Source: Candidatus Kapaibacterium sp. | Lineage (GTDB): Bacteria; Bacteroidota; Ignavibacteria; Kapaibacteriales; Kapaibacteriaceae | DNA length: 64,000 nucleotides | Reading direction: 5' to 3' | Assembly (NCBI GenBank): GCA_018883125.1 | Contig: VEQR01000001.1 | Coordinates: forward strand, 1,497-65,496 | In this document: positions 58,759 to 64,000 of the stretch, in pieces | Position numbering within the stretch: position 1 is the first letter of the stretch | Layout: each line of letters begins with the position of its first letter | Made by a program: the position numbers and the translations under genes | Notes under the pieces: generated by a model | The model's database searches: none | What the model was told of the DNA's origin: nothing | What the model saw: only the letters and a program-made list of their open reading frames with translations

Positions 58759-59391
58759 TCAGTTGAAGTAGAACCCGAGCGTGAAGTTCACGTTCGATAT
58801 TCCCATGGTTACGTCAACGGATGTTGGGCCATCGGTCTCCACTCCAGACGCGTTCTTGAGCTTATCCGCAGTATGGGTGAATCCAAGTCCATACTCGATG
58901 GAGAGCGAGAGATTCTTCCAGGCAAACCACTCGGCACCGGCAAACAGTCCGGCACCAAGGGTGGTAGTGCTCACCGTGCTAACGTCGCTGCCTGCTGCAG
59001 TGTTCTTCACCTGGCCGATGCCGATCATTGCTTGACCGCCGGCATAGAGTGCCACATTGGAGTTGTTGAAGAGGTTATACCGTGCTCCAGGTGCAATGCT
59101 GAAGGTTGTCGTGGTGGTCTCTTCATCTGCAGTGTTGTTCTTTGTCAGCGTGTTGCTGCCAAAGCCAAGACCTACTCGTAGAGCAAGGTTGTCCGACATA
59201 AACGTGGAGATTCCCGCTCCGCCCATGTAATTGCCGGCGCTCAGGTCAGACAGGCCTTTCAGGGTGAACAGCAGGGCTGAGGCGCCTTGCTTGTTGCGTA
59301 TCATTGTCTCGTCTTGTGCCTTGGCGCTTGTCAGCGGGGTTGTGAGCATTACAGCTCCGAGAAGCAACGAGGCGAAGAAATGCTTCATCAT
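58759..59391 (-). CDS. Small outer-membrane beta-barrel protein (OmpW/OmpA-beta-barrel-like, porin_2-type)
   Basis: Signal peptide MMKHFFASLLLGAVMLTTPLTSAKA. Alternating beta-strands ending in the terminal aromatic FTLGFYFN. The ORF-track start at 59466 is trimmed to the signal-peptide Met. Confidence 0.65.
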   Translation of the reverse strand: MMKHFFASLLLGAVMLTTPLTSAKAQDETMIRNKQGASALLFTLKGLSDLSAGNYMGGAGISTFMSDNLALRVGLGFGSNTLTKNNTADEETTTTTFSIAPGARYNLFNNSNVALYAGGQAMIGIGQVKNTAAGSDVSTVSTTTLGAGLFAGAEWFAWKNLSLSIEYGLGFTHTADKLKNASGVETDGPTSVDVTMGISNVNFTLGFYFN

Positions 59392-59504
59392 GTCGAGTCC
59401 TTCAAACGGTGGTGATGAATTCGAAACCCTCTGGTGATTTCGGTGTCCAAACATCCATGCATTCACTCGTAGAATTCCTACCCGTTTGTCGCCCTACGGC
59501 CCAC

Positions 59505-61979
59505 ATGCGTATCCTCGTAACCATGCATCTGATCGTGATCTGCATGATGTTCCTCACGGTCCGGACGGTGGCATCAGAAGATCAGATCGTGCTCTCGGGA
59601 ACCATTGTTGATTCGGCGTCCGGTGAGCCCCTTGCCGGTGCATCAATTCGAGCGGAAGGCCTACAAACAGGGACGTACACGGGAAAGCGCGGCACCTTTC
59701 GGTTGCCGGTGGCAGCGTCCACGAAGTACCTGATAGTTCGAAGTATCGGCTACAAGGAGAGACGCATTGAGATGCCTTCGGTGGCCTCGAGTGTTCGCAT
59801 TGCAATGCTGCAAACGGGTGTATCGCTGCGGGGTGTGAATGTCGTGGCAGACATCACGCCGGAGGAGGTCATACGTCGAGCGATCGAGCGACGAGACGCC
59901 AACGCACGACGCATTCGCACCGTAGTCAGCTCCCTCTATTCGAAGGTTCGATTTGCGCTTGACTTAGCTGGTATGGGTCGCTCAAACCAGCAGCAGCAGG
60001 ATGTGATCCTTGAAACGTTCTCGACGATTACGGAACGTCGAATACCCGATCAGCGTAAGCACGTACGCATCGAGCAACGTCGGCAGACGGCCAACATTCC
60101 AGCCCAAGAGAACACTGCAGTGTTTGATGAATTCTTCGACTTCACGCTCGATGAACTGAATATTCTCAAGACCAAGCTTGTGACGCCATTGGGAAAGAAT
60201 GCTCTCAAAGAATACAACTACGCGATTACCGGGAAGAGCACGCTTGACTCGCAGGTTGTTTATGAGATGTCCTTTGCTCCGCGCTCGAGTCTCTTTCCCG
60301 GTTTTGCAGGAACGCTCAGCATCGTTGACGGTACCTATCAGATTATCGCAGCCACGTTTGCCCCCTCCAAGGAAACGTCATTCCCATTTCTCAAGGGGCT
60401 GACCTTTGAGCAACGATATGACCGAGTGAAGGATAGTATCTGGATGCCGACGTTTCAGCTGACGACAGCCTCTCTGCGCCTGAATGTTGTGACGGGGCTG
60501 ATCACCGTGAAGGCCGATGTGCGTGCGCAGACAAATGTCCGCTCGGTTGATGTGAACGTGGGTGTTCCCGACAGTCTATTCATGCCCAAGAAACTCTCCC
60601 GGGAGGACTCTCTTGCTCTGGCCGAGGCGGCTGACATGGCGGGTGGCGTAGAGATCGACACGCCAAAGGTTCGCATCGATGTCGACTCCACGGCCGACTC
60701 ACTGCGTCCGGATTTCTGGGCATCTCATGCCTTTGCCGAGCAGTCGGAGGAAGAGGTCAAGGTCTATGCCAAGCAGGACAGTATTCAGAAGGCCGGCGGA
60801 AATGATTCAGATTCCGAAAGCAGCGGTCCGCTTTCGGGCTCGATGTTCACCCTCGCACGAAGTGGTGACTTCACGTTGGGTATAGACCCTCTCTTCAACT
60901 ATTCCTCCATCAGTCAGACGGTGTACGGCGCTTCGGTCACCGCCAAGCTGGCTCCGGTGCGCATGACGCTGTCGGGAGGTTTCGGGTCTGGTGGTACACG
61001 ATTCGGACGTGTGGCAATGGATGCGACATTATACCGAGCTCGCAGACTGTCACTCGCCGTCTCCGGCAGCGTCTATTCGTCGCTGGCCAGCGTACAGGCG
61101 GCCAAGACAACGCAGCTCAGTTTTAGTAGCATTGATCTAGCAAATCTGTTATTCCCTGAGTATCAGGACTTCTTTCGACGTGACGGATTCGCTCTTGGGC
61201 TTCAGGCACGCTCGCGATGGGTTACAACAACTTTGGAAGCAAGCTGGTCACGTCACATCAACATGCCCCTTCTCGACTCGCTGCCGCGTCCGCGCGTGTT
61301 GGCCCGCGAGGGAGACTTTCAGGTGCTGTCTCTGACGGCTCGCTCGCCCCGTTCCTTCGGGTCGATCTTCGGTGGTTCGTCGGATCCCTTCTCGGGACTT
61401 ATCCATGGAGTTGTCGGCCGCGAGACCGTTTCCGGATCAAGCTTCTGGTCGGTCGATGCCTCCACCACGCTTCGCCTGCCCACGTATGAAACCGGATACT
61501 CTCCGATGCTCCTGGAGCTGACGCTGGCAGGGGGCGTGCAGGCAACGGAAACACCGAACCAATACCGGTTCGTTGCAATGCGGGCCTTCCCGACATTCGG
61601 GATCCTGTCGGACTTTCCGACGATTGGGATCAATGCCTTTGCCGGCACGGAGTTCGTGCGTTTTGGCCTCGAGCACAATTTCACCGATCTCTGGTGGCGG
61701 GCCATTGGCCTTCCCGGACTTGTCTTTGGTCGGGGAGTGGACCTGATCGGCGTCCTCAACGGCATCAGCACCACGAACCGTGCGGGTGCTGTTGTGCCCG
61801 GCGTCAGCTTCGACAGCACCAATGGTGTGTACATGGAGGCGGGCGTGGGTGTGGCTCGGATTCCGAGCTTCATCAGTGATCTGTTAACGCTCCGTGTTGA
61901 TGCACGCTGGCCAGTGGGGCCGTTAGCACATAACGGGTCATTTGGATGGATTCTGACCCTGTCCAGCCCCCTTCAATAA
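59505..61979 (+). CDS. Protein with a carboxypeptidase-regulatory-like (CarbopepD_reg) domain plus DUF5686
   Basis: After a TM/signal segment, LSGTIVDSASGEPLAGASIRAEGLQTGTYTGKRGTFRL is a CarbopepD_reg signature. The long beta-rich remainder is typical of the Bacteroidota DUF5686 family. Confidence 0.7.
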   Translation: MRILVTMHLIVICMMFLTVRTVASEDQIVLSGTIVDSASGEPLAGASIRAEGLQTGTYTGKRGTFRLPVAASTKYLIVRSIGYKERRIEMPSVASSVRIAMLQTGVSLRGVNVVADITPEEVIRRAIERRDANARRIRTVVSSLYSKVRFALDLAGMGRSNQQQQDVILETFSTITERRIPDQRKHVRIEQRRQTANIPAQENTAVFDEFFDFTLDELNILKTKLVTPLGKNALKEYNYAITGKSTLDSQVVYEMSFAPRSSLFPGFAGTLSIVDGTYQIIAATFAPSKETSFPFLKGLTFEQRYDRVKDSIWMPTFQLTTASLRLNVVTGLITVKADVRAQTNVRSVDVNVGVPDSLFMPKKLSREDSLALAEAADMAGGVEIDTPKVRIDVDSTADSLRPDFWASHAFAEQSEEEVKVYAKQDSIQKAGGNDSDSESSGPLSGSMFTLARSGDFTLGIDPLFNYSSISQTVYGASVTAKLAPVRMTLSGGFGSGGTRFGRVAMDATLYRARRLSLAVSGSVYSSLASVQAAKTTQLSFSSIDLANLLFPEYQDFFRRDGFALGLQARSRWVTTTLEASWSRHINMPLLDSLPRPRVLAREGDFQVLSLTARSPRSFGSIFGGSSDPFSGLIHGVVGRETVSGSSFWSVDASTTLRLPTYETGYSPMLLELTLAGGVQATETPNQYRFVAMRAFPTFGILSDFPTIGINAFAGTEFVRFGLEHNFTDLWWRAIGLPGLVFGRGVDLIGVLNGISTTNRAGAVVPGVSFDSTNGVYMEAGVGVARIPSFISDLLTLRVDARWPVGPLAHNGSFGWILTLSSPLQ

Positions 61980-62013
61980 CTGCTGGCCGAACGGGGCTCC
62001 GTATCTTTGCGGC

Positions 62014-63127
62014 ATGTTTGAGCCACAAAAGCAACAAGTGAGTGAACTCCGCGCCCGGGTGGACCAATTGCGGAGGTTCCTTTGACATCGATCGTAAACG
62101 CGACGAGATAGCAGAACGGGAGATGCTCTCCCAAGCACCAGATTTTTGGGATGATGCCCAAAAGGCGCAGAAGATGATGCAGGAGGCGGCTACGCTCAAG
62201 GATTGGGTGCAGACCTGGGAGCAGGCACAGGGCAGTGTGGGCGATGTAGAGGCCCTGATTGAGCTGGCCGAAGAAGTCGACGATGCCTCAATGGAGGCAG
62301 ATATTCTCTCGGAGCTCTCGAAGTGCCTAACGGCGGTCGATGAGCTGGAGCTTCGGAAGATCCTCTCGGGTCAGGACGACAACCGTAACGCCATTCTGAC
62401 GATCAATGCCGGTGCCGGCGGAACAGAAGCGCAAGACTGGGCGGAGATGCTCATGCGTATGTACACCCGTTGGGCCGAAAAGCACGGATTCGAGGTCTAC
62501 CTTGCCGAAGAGCAGGAGGGCGACACCGCGGGTATCAAGAGCTGCACACTGGAGATACGCGGCCGGTATGCATATGGATATCTCAAGGCCGAGAACGGTG
62601 TGCATCGACTGGTCCGCATCAGTCCCTACGATTCCAATGCCCGACGTCACACGTCGTTTGCGTCCGTGTTCGTGTACCCGGAAGTAGAGGACGACGTTGA
62701 GATCGTGATCAATCCAGCAGATGTAGAAATGGACACGTTTCGGTCAGGGGGCAAGGGCGGACAAAACGTCAACAAAGTGGAGACCGCCGTGCGTTTGCGT
62801 CACATCCCTTCGGGTGTTGTTGTGGCGTGTCAGCAGGAGCGGTCGCAGTTGCTCAACCGCGAGCATGCGATGAAGATGCTCAAGTCTCGCCTGTATCAGA
62901 TCCGACGCGAAGAAGAGGAAGCCGCAAAGGCCGCCATCGAAGGTTCCAAGAAGAAAATTGAATGGGGCTCGCAGATACGCAGCTACGTCTTCCAACCGTA
63001 CACCATGGTGAACGATCACCGCACCGAAACCAAGATCACGGACGTGCACTCGGTGATGGACGGAGATCTCGACGAGCTCATCAAGGCCTATCTGCTGTTA
63101 GAAGATCAACTCAATTCGGCGGCGTAG
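62014..63127 (+). CDS. prfB: Peptide chain release factor 2, translated with a programmed +1 ribosomal frameshift. Frame 0 runs 62014-62082 and the +1 frame runs 62084-63127.
   Basis: Frame 0 encodes [23 protein letters not shown] then the in-frame stop TGA. The +1 frame continues [11 protein letters not shown]... through the GGQ motif [27 protein letters not shown]. The shift site CTT TGA C, with GGAGG 3 nt upstream, is the canonical RF2 autoregulatory site. Confidence 0.9.
62071..62086 (+). promoter_or_regulatory. prfB +1 programmed frameshift site (internal SD-like GGAGG, then CUU UGA C)
   Basis: GCGGAGGTTCCTTTGAC read directly. It matches the conserved RF2 frameshift cassette. Confidence 0.85.
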
Positions 63128-63843
63128 TGGACGCTCAGTTCGACCGTGTACGCGAGATTCTTCGCGGTGCCGCATCGGTTGCCGTACTCACGGGCGCTGG
63201 CGTGAGCGCGGAGTCGGGTATTGCCACGTTTCGCGATCCTGATGGATTGTGGGCAAAGTTCTCTCCCCGCGAGCTGGCCAGTATGGACGGCTTTCTTGCC
63301 AATCCCGAGCGCGTTCGAGAATGGTATGCATATCGGAAGACCGTTGCCACAACAGCGCAACCGAATGCCGGACATTATGCCCTTGCCGCACTGGAGCAGC
63401 AAACAAACGGCAGTTTCTGTCTGATCACGCAGAACGTAGACCGTCTGCACCAGCGTGCCGGGAGTCGCAATGTGCTGGAGGTTCACGGCAATCTCATCGA
63501 GAACCGTTGTAATGATTGCGAGGCAATCCGCACGGACGATGTACTTGTTTGCCCGCTCTGTTCTGGTGCCATGCGTCCGAACGTTGTCTGGTTTGGCGAA
63601 GAACTTCCGCAGGATGTGTTCGCTGCTGCCGAGCAGGCGGCTATGACGTGTGATGTGATGATCGTGGCCGGAACAAGCGCTGAAGTGTATCCCGCAGCCG
63701 GTTTGCCCTACACCACAAAGCGATACGGTGGCGTTGTCGTTGAGGTGAATCCAAATCCCACTGCACTCTCCTCTGAAGCGCACTATCTGCTCACCGGAAC
63801 AAGTGCCCAGATTCTTCCCCACCTTGTCGGAGACGTACCATGA
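63127..63843 (+). CDS. cobB: NAD-dependent protein deacylase (Sir2 family)
   Basis: GTG start overlapping the prfB stop (TAGTG). VAVLTGAGVSAESGIATFRD, GNLIENRCNDCEAIRTDDVLVCPLCSG (Zn ribbon) and MIVAGTSAEVYPAAGLP are sirtuin signatures. The ORF track begins earlier at 62962, inside prfB. Confidence 0.85.
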   Translation: MDAQFDRVREILRGAASVAVLTGAGVSAESGIATFRDPDGLWAKFSPRELASMDGFLANPERVREWYAYRKTVATTAQPNAGHYALAALEQQTNGSFCLITQNVDRLHQRAGSRNVLEVHGNLIENRCNDCEAIRTDDVLVCPLCSGAMRPNVVWFGEELPQDVFAAAEQAAMTCDVMIVAGTSAEVYPAAGLPYTTKRYGGVVVEVNPNPTALSSEAHYLLTGTSAQILPHLVGDVP

Positions 63844-64000
63844 TCGTCGGCATCGGCACGGACATTGTTGATGTCCCACGCATCCAAGCTGCCGTTGGCG
63901 AATACGGCGAGCGGTTTCTGTCAAAGATCTTCACGCCTACCGAGATCGCCTACTGCGATCACTTTGGTGACACTCGGTTTCTGCATTATGCTGCCCGCTT
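63840..64000 (+). CDS. acpS: Holo-[acyl-carrier-protein] synthase, N-terminal part. The gene continues beyond the window end.
   Basis: MIVGIGTDIVDVPRIQAAV...FLSKIFTPTEIAYCD is the AcpS 4'-phosphopantetheinyl transferase N-terminus. Its ATG overlaps the cobB stop (ATGA). Confidence 0.8.
   Translation, partial: MIVGIGTDIVDVPRIQAAVGEYGERFLSKIFTPTEIAYCDHFGDTRFLHYAAR

Noticed and set aside
63106-63924. 272-aa minus-strand ORF
   Set aside because: It is antisense to cobB and the acpS start, both of which have clear family signatures.

Overview
The window is a 64 kb chromosomal segment, about 57% GC, from a Bacteroidota/FCB-group-like bacterium. The phylum assignment rests on many proteins carrying type IX secretion (T9SS) C-terminal sorting domains, DUF1573 and DUF5686 proteins, a DUF1800/DUF1501 pair, and a TTG...TAnnTTTG-type promoter. 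Most genes are housekeeping: pckA (5' part), mscL, an ECF sigma factor, hutU, a mazEF module, asnS, pepF, an MltB-like transglycosylase, an ArnT-like glycosyltransferase, a P-type ATPase, the tig-clpP-clpX operon, tRNA-Leu(TAG), class II ribonucleotide reductase nrdJ, purF, yebC, two M28 peptidases, an oligosaccharide flippase, yggS, a CPA2 antiporter, prfB with its +1 programmed frameshift, cobB and acpS. Three things stand out. First, a dense family of intergenic microsatellite and palindrome arrays: 7-8 nt units arranged as inverted arrays around short spacers, GC-rich hairpin units, and a 39-bp in-frame expansion inside the ArnT-like gene that comes from the same palindrome found intergenically. 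Second, a tightly coupled five-gene envelope operon at 30866-37972 with no recognisable family assignment. Third, a six-gene minus-strand secreted/T9SS operon at 53401-59391 that contains three tandem paralogous fibre-like proteins and a cytochrome c-copper monooxygenase fusion. No CRISPR arrays, rRNA, transposases or integrases were seen. Coordinates are read from the printed sequence by eye and may be off by a few nucleotides.
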